Source of the DNA: Callorhinchus milii
Lineage: Eukaryota
Length of the DNA stretch: 64,000 nt
Direction of reading: 5' to 3'
NCBI RefSeq assembly: GCF_018977255.1
Contig: NW_024704743.1
Span: 72,232,001 to 72,296,000, forward strand
The translations under genes and the position numbers were made by a program. The first letter of the stretch is position 1. Each line of letters begins with the position of its first letter. This document shows, in pieces, positions 53,159 to 64,000 of this stretch. The notes under the pieces are model-generated. The model made no database searches and was not told where the DNA came from. It worked only from the letters and a program-made list of their open reading frames with translations.

Positions 53159-54699
53159 CTGTAAAAGCAATAAATAGCCAAACCAAAGGTAACATGTTAT
53201 GAAGAGTTTTGGAGATATCCGGCATGAAGAACATAACTTCATGGGAGTTGCACAAAAATAACTAGGAAGTGACTACTGGAATATAATTTTTTAAAAAAAT
53301 CTCAACAATACAATGGATAATTGAAGATAATGTTCTACCTCAAGGAAAGTTATAGTTTGCATGAATTAACTGATCGACTAGAAGTTCAGATGGAGACTTT
53401 TAGCTTATTTAATCTTATCCTTCCATATTATTAATGCTACAGTTTTCAAATTACATCATCAAAATGTTAAATAAAATAGTGTTTAATAATGGCATAGTTT
53501 GACATTGAGCCGAGAGAAAGGGAAGGTGAGCAGAGACAGAGAATTCCAGCGTTTGGGCCTTAGTGGCTGAAAGCACAGCTGCCAATGGTGGAGCAGGGGA
53601 CTTGAGGGACATGAACACAGTTTATTTGTGATCAACCCAATTATTTACTCCACTTTACAGTATATCCTGTGAAGTGTTTTGAGGCATTCTCCTGATCACT
53701 ATACCAAATATAAGGATTATTATTATTTCCCAGTGTTCTTTGTAAGATCTTGGCCGCCTCCTCTGAATCTGATTCCACGGTTCCCCCATAGCTTGCTGTC
53801 TTTTCAATCATGCTTTTGTCACTTTAACCTCACTCACCCTCACCCTCCTCAGCTTCCCCATTCCCAAGTCGGGCTCCCAGTCAACTCTGAAACAATTTGA
53901 GACATCCTCCCAATCTAAAAGGCGCTATATAAATGTAAAATTGTTTCTGTATCGTATGAAAATGTAACTACCTGGCACTGAGTCTGAAAATCCACATCAT
54001 TTATGTATACTAGATACAGAAAGGGATCCAGTCCCAGGTTGGACCCCTGAAGCATCCCATTCAATAACCAATATCTCACTATTTTGAACAAGCTCCCCTC
54101 GCTCTTCACCTTTATCTAAAAACTCATCAATCAATTTAGGGCTTGAGATTCCTGTCTTTTCTATTATGTTTGTAACAATTTGGCATTCTTATACCAGATT
54201 GAAAATTTGGAGTTTGTACTAATGGAAGAATTTGCCTTTATCATTCCGCTCAGTCTATACTGTCTCTTTCAGTTTGGCAACTTTGCAGCCGATTTTCTCT
54301 TTCTTTTTCTAATGAAGTTTTGACTATTTCTAATTGACCTGTGTTTGCTTTTCTCACACTGTGCCACACTCCAGCACAAATATTCTTCCTGCAACAATTT
54401 TTAAATGTACTCAAACTTTCTGTAACCATGGAAATCCATCACTGTGTCTCATCTGCTCCAATTCCACCTCCCCAGAACTACCAATGAGGAGCAGTTAAAG
54501 ATGGGAGACTACTAAGCCCCTTGCTCTGTGTGGAGAGTGCAGGAAGTAGGTATGATATATTGCATGTTGTGACAGAATTAACATGAATTTCCAAGGGTAC
54601 ATAATTCATGATAGATTGATAAGTGTTAGTTTCATCTTAAGAAAACAACTTGGATTTGTATAGGAACAACTTGAATTTGTATAGGATTATGGTTTATTA

Positions 54700-54870
54700 T
54701 AATAATAATAATCCTCGCATTTGCTATAACGCTTTTCACGTCTTTTGGACGTCTCAAAGCGCTTCACAAAATATATTGTAAAGTGAATTGACTATATACT
54801 TGTGGGTGAAACGTGGCAGCCAATTGCGCACAGCAACGTCTGTGGATTAAGTAAGCAAATTATTATTGTT
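54700..54870 (-). mobile_element. Same SINE family, 3' half
   Basis: Reverse-complement body and tail. Confidence 0.75.
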
Positions 54871-55969
54871 TTTTATTCTTGTAATGAGTCACTCACTTTC
54901 TAAATTGCCCAATCTTTTCATTACCTTAAATACCTCAATCAAATCATCCCTTAACCACCTCTGCTCTAAAGAATATAACTCCAACCTAACCAACTTCTCA
55001 TCATAGCTAGTATGATGAGCTAACATCATACCATTCATGTAAAATGAACATCTCATAGTGCTCAACAATGGGGGAAGTGAAGCATCAATCAAGAAGTGGG
55101 AAGCATTTATCAGTGACTGAGAACATCCTTCATACTTTGAAGACCAAGTATTGTATCTGCAGCCTAATGTAAGCATAATGGGATAATGTTGCTGTGTTTA
55201 AAACCTGTTGTTGAAATCAAAGGAGTTAGAAAAATGTAAAAGGTCACAGAACGCTTCTTCATGCATAGTTGAATAACCTATAAAGAGAAAAAAGTTAGAG
55301 CAGAGAATAAGAAGTTATAAATTTGTTCTCTCTGGTCAAAAAATAACTAGTTATTTTTGGGATGGAAGTTTTGAGGGGTAGTCTTAGTTTGCTAAAATGT
55401 TAATTTTCATCCAGAGAAAATATGACTTTAACCCCTCCTCACCAAATCAACATTGAATAATAAATATGAAACAAACAAATTGACTCTGGGGTCTTCAAGT
55501 TCCAATTACGCTCACCTTCAATTCAGGAAAAACACTTGGTGGTGGATCTGTAGAGGACAATTTCATTTCTCAGGAAAGGAACACTGCCACTTAGTGGCCA
55601 TTTATGTTGCCACAAAATAACCCATTGCAAAGTTTATCCACCATATATATTTTTTTCTCCATAATATTTTTGAATCTGCGTGTGAAGAAATGTTCTGCAT
55701 CTACATTTCATCTAATTCTGTTTTTATAACAAGCACCAAACAATCCCAAACTATAACGAAAATGTGCTAAAATGAATGCAAGAGAGGTTTGGATGAAGAA
55801 AGGCCTTCAGTACATTTGATCTCATCCTTACAGAAAAGCCATCCTGCTGACCTCTCATAGCATCAAGATGGTTTTATTTCAAAATGAGATCAGTGTCCTG
55901 GTGCCAACCATCCTTTCCTGTCATCTTGTTCCAGTCATGAATTGCTCTTTGGGCAAAGATATACTTTCT

Positions 55970-56292
55970 GGAGTCCTGTAGCTCAGTGGTTAGAGCACTC
56001 GCTTTGCAAGTGAGAGACCTGAGTTCATTTCCAGGCAGAGGGCGTAACCTTGGGCAAGTTTCCTTACTCCACACAGAGCCTAATAATAATCCCTCCAAAA
56101 CCAAAAACAATAATAAATTGGTCATTTTCAATCTACGACTGTTTGTGGGACATTGCTGTGCGCAATTGGCTGCCGCGTTCGCTCACAAATATACAGTGAA
56201 TTCACTTTACAGTATATTCTGTGAAGCGTTTTGGGACGTCCTCCCTACGTGAAAAGCGCTATATCAAATGCAAGGATTATTATTATTATTAT
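55970..56292 (+). mobile_element. Same SINE family, near full length, in a LRRD1 intron
   Basis: tRNA head, body and (ATT)n tail. Confidence 0.86.
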
Positions 56293-56435
56293 TCTGATGT
56301 CTGTTCTGAATTTGCCATTTGAACTGTAAACCTATGTTTCTTTTACTATTTTAGTGCATCCTAAAGTATTCTGTTTTTTTTCAATTCCATTTTTTAAAAA
56401 AACAGCCTCATTGTTACACAGTGCTATTTTCTTAC

Positions 56436-57917
56436 CTTAGCACCAAATGGCTGGCTGATTTTCAATTTTTGCAAGCTTGTTAGTTGACATATTTCAATTG
56501 GAAATGATGGAAGTTGGTTGTTAGAAAGGTTGAGTTCGATAATATTGGTCAGATTTGCAATTTGAGTTGGAATGGCCTTTATTTGATTGTTTGAAATATC
56601 AAGTACTTTCAGATCCGCTAAATTGCATATATTTTTATTAATTTCCTTAAATTCATTATTTTGAAGATAAAGATTCACAAGGTTTCTCAGTTGAGAAATA
56701 TCGTTTGGAATATCCTTCATCCCATTTTCGCTAATATCTAAATAGGTCAGGTTCCAAACTTTGCACAGATGAATGGGAAATGACGAGATCTTATTTCCAC
56801 TTATATTAAAGTACTGAAGGCTCTTCATGCAGCACACATCAAAGTTTAAATATGTAATTTGGTTGTGACTAAGATTCAAATTCAGCAAATTAGGCATTAT
56901 GCTAAATGCAGTTGGAAATTCTGAAAGTTTATTGTTGCTCAAATTGGCGCTGACTATTTGCGAACAGTTTTTCAATTCAATAGGAATGTTTTGCAGTTCA
57001 TTGTAAGAAGCATCTAAAATTGTAATGTTTTGGAGATGCGACAAGCCAAATGGCAATTTTTTCAATTTATTCTTGCTGACAGAAAGTTCTTTTAGATTAT
57101 ACAGATTACCAATGTGTTTATGTAAGTATGTTAATTGATTGTTATCAACTAAAAGTTTCTCTAGTTTTACACAAGTGAAGAGCTCTTTGGGAAGACTTTC
57201 TAAACAATTTTTGGAAAGTTTTAGAACCTGCATTTCTTGCAGTTTCTCTACTCTGTCTGACAAGTTAGTCAACTGATTTTCACATAAACTTAGATGTGTC
57301 AAGTTAACCAATTCAAAAAATTGTATAGGCAAAAATGTTAACTTATTATTATCCAGACACATTTCATTTAAGCTTACTAAATCAGAGATCTGCATTGGTA
57401 GACTATGAATATTGTTATCTGCAATCTCAAGTTTTATTATCTTTGGAATGTGGCATATTGGTTTTGGAAAAATATTGATCTGATTAGAGTTCAGATTGAG
57501 AGTTTGCAAATTCTTCAAGTTGACTATGGTTGCTGGTACACTGCTTAGCTGGTTTGAACTCAAATCCAGGACATTTAAATTAGCCAACTCATCAATTATA
57601 ATAGGGACATGAGAAAGATAATTTTTGTGAAGGGAAAGCTGCCTCAAGTTGACAAAGTTAACAATGTTGTCTGAAATAGCTGTGATACTGTTGTTACTGA
57701 GATCTAAAACTCTCAGTTTAACAAGATGGTTAATTACAGATGGAAATGCGGTCAGATTTTTTCCTTGAAGATTTAATTCTTCAATATCAGGGTCACTGAT
57801 CATATTTTTAATACTGTCTTCCTGTAAATGTGTCATATCAGAAGAGGAACTGAAAGTACTGACAGATAGATGCTTAAATCTGGTAGGGTGACTTGAAATT
57901 TTCGAAATGCCCTCCAT
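56436..57917 (-). CDS. LRRD1: LRRD1-like coding exon 1 (long LRR array)
   Basis: 494 codons of LxxLxLxxN repeats from ATG 57917 (MEGISK). Acceptor just upstream at 57951, donor AAG|GTAAGA. Confidence 0.85.
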
Positions 57918-59669
57918 TTTCAGGAATTTGTTTCTTAGTGAATGCAGCACACTAAAACATAGAACAAATGTTATTATTCAAAACTGTTCTTGTAAAATAG
58001 TATTACACTCAAAGTCAATTTAAATTTACAAAGCGGTGGAGTGGCGAAATTACAATTTTGAAAAAAAACTTTAATGCAATTTGAATTTTTTTTTAAGCCA
58101 GTTCAGCTCTGAGGTGACATGTTTGGCAACGGAAGTAAGAAACATGGCAATTGAAATGTAATGCAGACAAATGTGGGGTTATACATTTTGATAAGAATAA
58201 GGAGAGCAAGTGGTAAGATTTTAAAATTGGAAATAGCAGACGATCCTAGATGAACATAAATCCTTAAAGATTGAAGGTGTGTGGACAAAGCTGTCAAGAA
58301 AGTAAATGGAATTGTAAATTTTATAAATAGTGGTATAGAATGTAAAACCAGGAATTTCGGGGTATGGAGAAAAGCCGGTCAATGGGACTGAAAGGATTAC
58401 TCTTAAAAGAGTCAGCACAGACAAGATGGAGCCTTTTGTGGTGTAAATTTCTATGGTTCTATTGTATGTTGTAAATTGTATATGATAATTCAATTTGTGA
58501 CAATTTTTAAAGGTGCTATTGGAAAAAATGTTGACATGAGAAACAAAGCCAGTTTTATATATAACTGCCCATTTAAAAAGAACCCCCTCCCCCCCAGCAA
58601 AACAAAATCAAACTAGAAAATCTAGTTGTCTCTCTTTGTTTCTCCATATGGTAATTTTCCTTTCAATAATATTTTCTAGTGTTACTGCTCCCTCACTGTA
58701 CACAATGCGTATGGTTATTAGTACGCTGTTTGTTTCCTGGTTTGCTGTTCAGTAAAAAAAAATCTGCTTTGCACTAACCTCCCACTCTATTTCCAAAGTC
58801 TAGTGATTGCGTTGCCGTGGCTGCAGGTAAACAAAGCAGATTCCCCCACACCCTCACCAGCTAATGACAATATCCCTGTGTCTTGGGTGGTTCCTATTAT
58901 GATGCGATTTGGAAAACAAGAGAGGAAAAAATAATCAAAATAATAATTATTTTATTATTATATGTATATTTTAAGCCTAGGTATTTTGGACTGCTGATGT
59001 TTAATTAAAAGTACCATATTTGGAATCTAATGATAGAGAAACTGATGCCCTATATAATAATCCTTGCGTTTGATATATTATTATGTCTCGACAACGTCTT
59101 AGCATGTCGTAGAGAATTCTCAAAGTGGTGTAACTGTATTTTGTGGGCAAACTTGGCCGCGTTTCACCCACAAAATACACAATCAATCCACTTTAGAGTA
59201 AACTCTGTGAAGCGCTTTGAGACATCCTGACAATGTGATAAGGCACTAAATTACATTCAAGGATTATTATTGATGGGCCTTTCTGAGATGCTCTGAAATG
59301 CCAGGTTCATAGAATAACTCTAGATCTGTTGAACCTGCAGATGTCTTTATTGCGCTCTCAGAGGGTTGTCTACAACAACAACTTGCACTTATATAGCGCC
59401 GAGGGGTGTCTGGGGCGAGGGCTGAGGGGTGTCTTGGAAGTGGGACTTTGGAAACATTCATAGTAGCAACTACTGGTTAACTAAAAAGTTGTGAAGCTAC
59501 CCTATTATCTAAAAAAACATATATCTTCATTTCTTTAAGACGTATTAGACATTGTAATGGTGCCACGGCTTTTTGGTCACCTTGCAAGTGGATTATAAAC
59601 ACCTGTAACTTGTTGGTTTCCATCCATGTAGGTCTGAAGGAGCTGAGGCACCATTGGTATCAGAGAGAC

Positions 59670-60821
59670 ATGACACCGAGACGAGTGCTGCAAGCCATGC
59701 ACATATACCTGCATAAAACAAGGATTTACCATTTTCCACAAAATGGGCTTCCTGCTGCACTGTTGAAAATATCTTGCCTGAGATTCTGCACTGCCATTCA
59801 GAATGACCCAACCAAGAGCACCAAAAGGCCAGAGAATCGGATTCTGTTAAACAATTTGTCTTTCTTGGGTGTGGACATAAAAATGGCAAGAAAAAGGCAG
59901 CCGGGAGTTTTGAGAAGGGAGACAACAAACGAAAAAGGACTTGTACAGTTCTTGAGAAACAAAGGAGCTGATCACAAGACAATTGCCAGTATCATTTCAC
60001 GGTACCCCCGAGCCATCACGCGTTCCATTTGCCACCTGGAAGAAAGGTGGCAGTTGTGGAGAAACATATTTAAGGTAGACTCAGACATTATAAAGATTGT
60101 CGAACGTTCCCCAGAGTCCTATTTTCGTTCAAGTGACAATGAGAATCTAGAAAAGAACATAAATTTTCTTTGTTCGCTTGGTCTGACAGCAAAGGACTTG
60201 CATCGCATGTTCACAACTGCCCCCCGCACATTCTCCAATAGCTTGGAGCTGAACAAGCAGATGGTGGAGTTTCTGCAAGAACTCTGTGTGTGTTTAGGTG
60301 GTGATGATCCCAATGATTTTGTTAAACGGATCATTACCAAGAATGTGTACATACTTATACGAAGCACTAAACGGGTCAAATCCAACATTGAATTTCTCAA
60401 AGAATCTCTTAAACTGACTAATGATACCATCTTAAAGCTTCTTCAAGGCCAAGGTGCTGATCTTTTGGACCTCTCCAATCACTACATTACAGTAAATTTC
60501 AATAATGCAGCTAAAAAATTGCGATTACTAGATTGTACAGATGAGGAGATCAGGAAGTTTTTTACTACGTATCCTCCGGGACTCTATGTCTCATCTGACA
60601 ATCTTTCCAATAAAATCGATTGTCTCCTAGAAGATACAATATGTATTGAACAAATACTGAAGTCACCAAGGGTATTGGAATGTAGTGTGGCCACTTTGAA
60701 AAGTCGTCTAAATAAGTTAGCAAAGGTTAGATATAACTTTGAAGATCAGGGCATCTCTATTTTGGAGTACAGTAGAAAGCGATTTGAAGCAAAATTAGAG
60801 AAACTAAATGAAGAATTGTAG
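59670..60821 (+). CDS. MTERF1: Mitochondrial transcription termination factor 1, single coding exon (383 aa from the first in-frame ATG)
   Basis: mTERF repeats and MTERF1-type motifs (ARKRQPGV, IISRYPRAITR, ERSPESYFRS, APRTFSNS, SRKRFEAKL). Basic N-terminus resembling a mitochondrial presequence. Acceptor-like ttccatccatgtag ends at 59631. Confidence 0.9.
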   Translation: MTPRRVLQAMHIYLHKTRIYHFPQNGLPAALLKISCLRFCTAIQNDPTKSTKRPENRILLNNLSFLGVDIKMARKRQPGVLRRETTNEKGLVQFLRNKGADHKTIASIISRYPRAITRSICHLEERWQLWRNIFKVDSDIIKIVERSPESYFRSSDNENLEKNINFLCSLGLTAKDLHRMFTTAPRTFSNSLELNKQMVEFLQELCVCLGGDDPNDFVKRIITKNVYILIRSTKRVKSNIEFLKESLKLTNDTILKLLQGQGADLLDLSNHYITVNFNNAAKKLRLLDCTDEEIRKFFTTYPPGLYVSSDNLSNKIDCLLEDTICIEQILKSPRVLECSVATLKSRLNKLAKVRYNFEDQGISILEYSRKRFEAKLEKLNEEL

Positions 60822-61234
60822 AAGTTTTAATTTCCTTTCATGTTTGCCTCGAAATGACAGTCTCTACACTTTACACTATGAAGTGCTTTGATTACGATGC
60901 ATAATGTATAATTCTTTATATCATGTAATATGTATCTTTTTCCATGTATCTGATTGAGTTTCACTTACAAACACTTTTTTTTCTATTTCCCATTATAAGT
61001 TGTACTGAACTACCTAATCATTATTGAATGAAAACATTGTGGACTGTATGGTTACTGTACTGATTTGGTCTTTCAAACATTTATAAAGTAGTGAATACAA
61101 TCAATTAAAACTAAAACTCTTTTACAATGCAAAAGTTAATTGTTTTTACTACATAGAATTACATATAATGTTACAGCACGGAAATAAGCAATTTGACCAC
61201 TAGGTCAACTACTCTGTACTGGGGTTTAGAGAAG

Positions 61235-61440
61235 TGTCAGCCAGGCTCAGTTGGTAGCACTTTTACTTCTGAGTCAGAAGATTTTGGGTTCAAGCCCACG
61301 TTGCGACTTTGAACTCATCGTCCAGTTTGACACTCCAATGCAATGCTGGGGGACTGTGGCATTGTTGGAGGTGCCTTCCTTTGGATGAGTTGTTAAACTG
61401 AGGTCCCATCTGCTGTTCAAGCGCATGTTAAAGATACCAT
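61235..61440 (+). mobile_element. Ancient DeuSINE-like (SacSINE1/AmnSINE1-type) element; related copy at about 4325-4740
   Basis: tRNA-like head followed by GACACTCCAATGCA..CTG...GTTGGAGGTGCC.TCCTTTGGATGAG..GTTAAAC, which resembles the Deu domain. Family assignment is from memory. Confidence 0.6.
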
Positions 61441-61445
61441 GAAAG

Positions 61446-61840
61446 GCAAAATATTACAGATGCTGGAAATCTGAAATAAAAACAGAAGTCGCTGGGAACA
61501 AGCAGCAGGTATCTATGGAGAGAGGAAAGTGAGTTAATGTTTCAGGTCGATGACCTTTCGTTAGAACTGGGGGATGTTGGAAGGGAGCAATTTATCAGGA
61601 CAAGCAGAGAAGGGGGTGGGGAAAGAAAAACCAAGAAAAAATTTAGGTGGAGGACAGAAGATGATGAGATTAGAGGTGTTCATGGTGCAAGACAAAAAAA
61701 GGCAATAGTGTGAGATTATAGAAAGAAAAGATGTCTGAGACCCAGAGGATGTGTGAATGGTTATAAAAGAGGGGGAGGCAAGGCCAAGAGAAGATGATGG
61801 AGCTGTCTTTAAGATCTGAAGTGGTTAAAATCAATGTTGA
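61446..61840 (-). mobile_element. Penelope-like element 3' remnant with a hammerhead motif
   Basis: Minus-strand NIDFNHFRS* (61838-61809) resembles the end of a PLE GIY-YIG ORF, followed by a pyrimidine-rich UTR and a hammerhead-like core. Confidence 0.6.
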
Positions 61841-62316
61841 AAATGCCTTCGGCCCATTGAATCTCATCCCTCAAGAACACGCACTCTATCATCCTGCATC
61901 AAGCTGCTTTTTAAATGAGTCTCGTGTCCTGGCCTCTACCACCTTTTCTGGCAACGTGTTCCAGTTGTTAAATACTCTTTGGTTAAAGAAAAACGTCCTA
62001 GTATCTACCCTGAAATTGTTCTTTACGACTCTAAATCTGTTTCCTCTAAGCAACCTAAAGTATTGTTCTGGCTTTACTTTTTTAGTGCTGTGTTAGCATA
62101 CAGCATATAAAAGGTAGTTAAACCAAGCAGAATTTGATTACAAATCTTCAGACTGAAATTTCATTTTAAGCTGCTTCCAAACAGACTTTTGGAGCCATCT
62201 AGTGAACATTGTAAGTAATGCAGTTACTGAGAGGAATATATTCGAACATCAAGAACTAAACATGTAGTTAATACAGTATAAACCGATTTTGTAAAGTGAC
62301 ATTAACTTAATGAAAC

Positions 62317-62450
62317 GCAAAATACTGTAGATGCTGGAAATCTGAAACAAAAACAGAAGTTGCTGGGAGCACTCAGCAGGTCAGGCAGCATCTATGGGAA
62401 AAGGAAAGTGGGTCAACGTTTTGGGTCCACGACCCTTCGTCAGAACTGGG
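62317..62450 (-). mobile_element. Second short Penelope-like terminal repeat
   Basis: Direct repeat of 61446-61570 (CAAAATA....AGATGCTGGAAATCTGAAA.AAAAACAGAAGT...). Confidence 0.65.
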
Positions 62451-64000
62451 TCTAACCTAATGAAAAACTGGTGAACATGCTTTGTTTCTTTACAAACTTA
62501 TGATACAACCATGTACATCTTAAAATAATGCATCACTTTCGCCATTGTCACCAATTGTTCCTCGATTCTCTGGCCCTTCTTCCCCCTCTGATTAAATAAA
62601 GGTGTATGAAGATATTGCCTTTCAATACTATTATAAAAAGTGTGTACATATGTACTGTACTGATACAGCTTCTGTGATTAGGTGTGAAATTCATTAGAAA
62701 TAGATCTTAATTGATTGAATTTAATCACTCAATTACTTACATTTACTATTGTTTTAAATGTGACTCAGAATTTATCTTCCCTCATTTGCTGACTGCATTT
62801 TAATTCCCTTTTCCTTCTACTAGAATGTATGGTCACTGGTACTGTTTTTCCCTCTGTCCAGTAACTCATTCAAATAATACCCTAGGATCTGTAATATCCA
62901 CCTGACCCTGAGCCACCAAAAGAAAGCAAATAAGACCTTGGTTCAACATTTCATTTGAAAGGCAAGATCTGACCTAGGAGGCTTTGATGTTTGCATTAGA
63001 TGCCAAAACCTCAAACCCGCTGACATCTCTCAAATATTCAACTTTTTAAAAAAAACATATATATAGGAATGGACAAATTTAAGAGAGATTGGGCATATTT
63101 TTGACTGTTTTAGAGAATAGAGGAAAAGATAGAATATATAGTATAGTATTTCATTTCTGCTCGTGAATGCTCTCGTAATGTTTTGATACATGCTAGCAGT
63201 TTTTCTGATTTTTCTTTTTACAGGCATTTAAATAATTTCCCTTCTACTGGTGGAAGGCTCCACAGTTATCAGTTGCCCTTTGTTAACCCAACTAGGACGT
63301 GAGTCACCAGGGTGGCGCCTCCCACCTCACATACTAGTTGAGTTAACAAAGTCAACTGATAACTGAATATACTGTAAGCTCCTGATGATTTGTCGCTCCA
63401 GGATGTTGTTCAGTGAAAAGGGCTCAGTGACGAATTATCCGGGAGTTGCGAGTTAGGCATATGTATAAATAAATGTGACTGAGATATTAGCAGCATAATG
63501 ACTGAAGTGGTGGTGACAAGTTACGCCAGGGTTGAGTTATCAGAAGTTTACTGTATATAATACATATGTACATATAATATGTATATATATATTGTGTAAT
63601 AAAATAATTGTATCTTACTTTCGAAATTTGTATTCACAAAGTCCAATTGATCCAAAAATCCATGAACCATATCCTCATCCATACCAAACTCTGCATCCAC
63701 ATCACCCTTGCGAAAAGGTCACTTCCTTTACTTCTTCAAAGCTAAGCAGCAATGAATTTCTTCACTGCTGAATAATGCATGTGTCTGGGATTAGTCTGAA
63801 CACCTGGTATCTGTCATTATGCGGTGATGCAGACAGTGGTGGATTTAGAAACTCAATCTGATCATTAATCAGAGCCCTGTATTAGTCTTCATGAAATGAT
63901 GTGGGCAGTGCTGGCGAGGGAATTAAAATGTGCTCTGGATCTACACCTAGGAATCTTTACACTATCTGCATAGCCATTTGGTGCTAGCTGAGTTATTCCC

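Overview
Vertebrate nuclear DNA, AT-rich and repeat-rich. The repeat complement (tRNA-Ala-headed SINEs with DeuSINE-like tails, L2/CR1 LINEs, Penelope remnants) suggests a cartilaginous fish, possibly a chimaera; this is inference. Three protein-coding genes are visible. (1) The 5' part of AKAP9 on the minus strand: ATG at 43211, 15 phase-consistent GT-AG exons traced down to 697 (about 1,468 codons), continuing off the left edge. (2) A complete LRRD1-like gene on the minus strand (LRRs plus a C-terminal death-domain-like region; 5 coding exons, 57917 to 50107, 715 aa). (3) MTERF1 on the plus strand (single coding exon, 59670-60821). The most notable observations are a tandemly duplicated 54-nt AKAP9 exon; a promoter array of about 6.4 x 35 bp in which each unit carries a CCAAT box and an NRF1-like site; a G-run minisatellite just inside AKAP9 intron 1; LRRD1 lying between AKAP9 and MTERF1, unlike the human order; two decayed hammerhead-ribozyme motifs in Penelope-like remnants; several candidate micro/poison exons; and long hairpins. 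I cannot support a wholly new biological system from the sequence alone. All coordinates were read by hand, and repeat boundaries are approximate.
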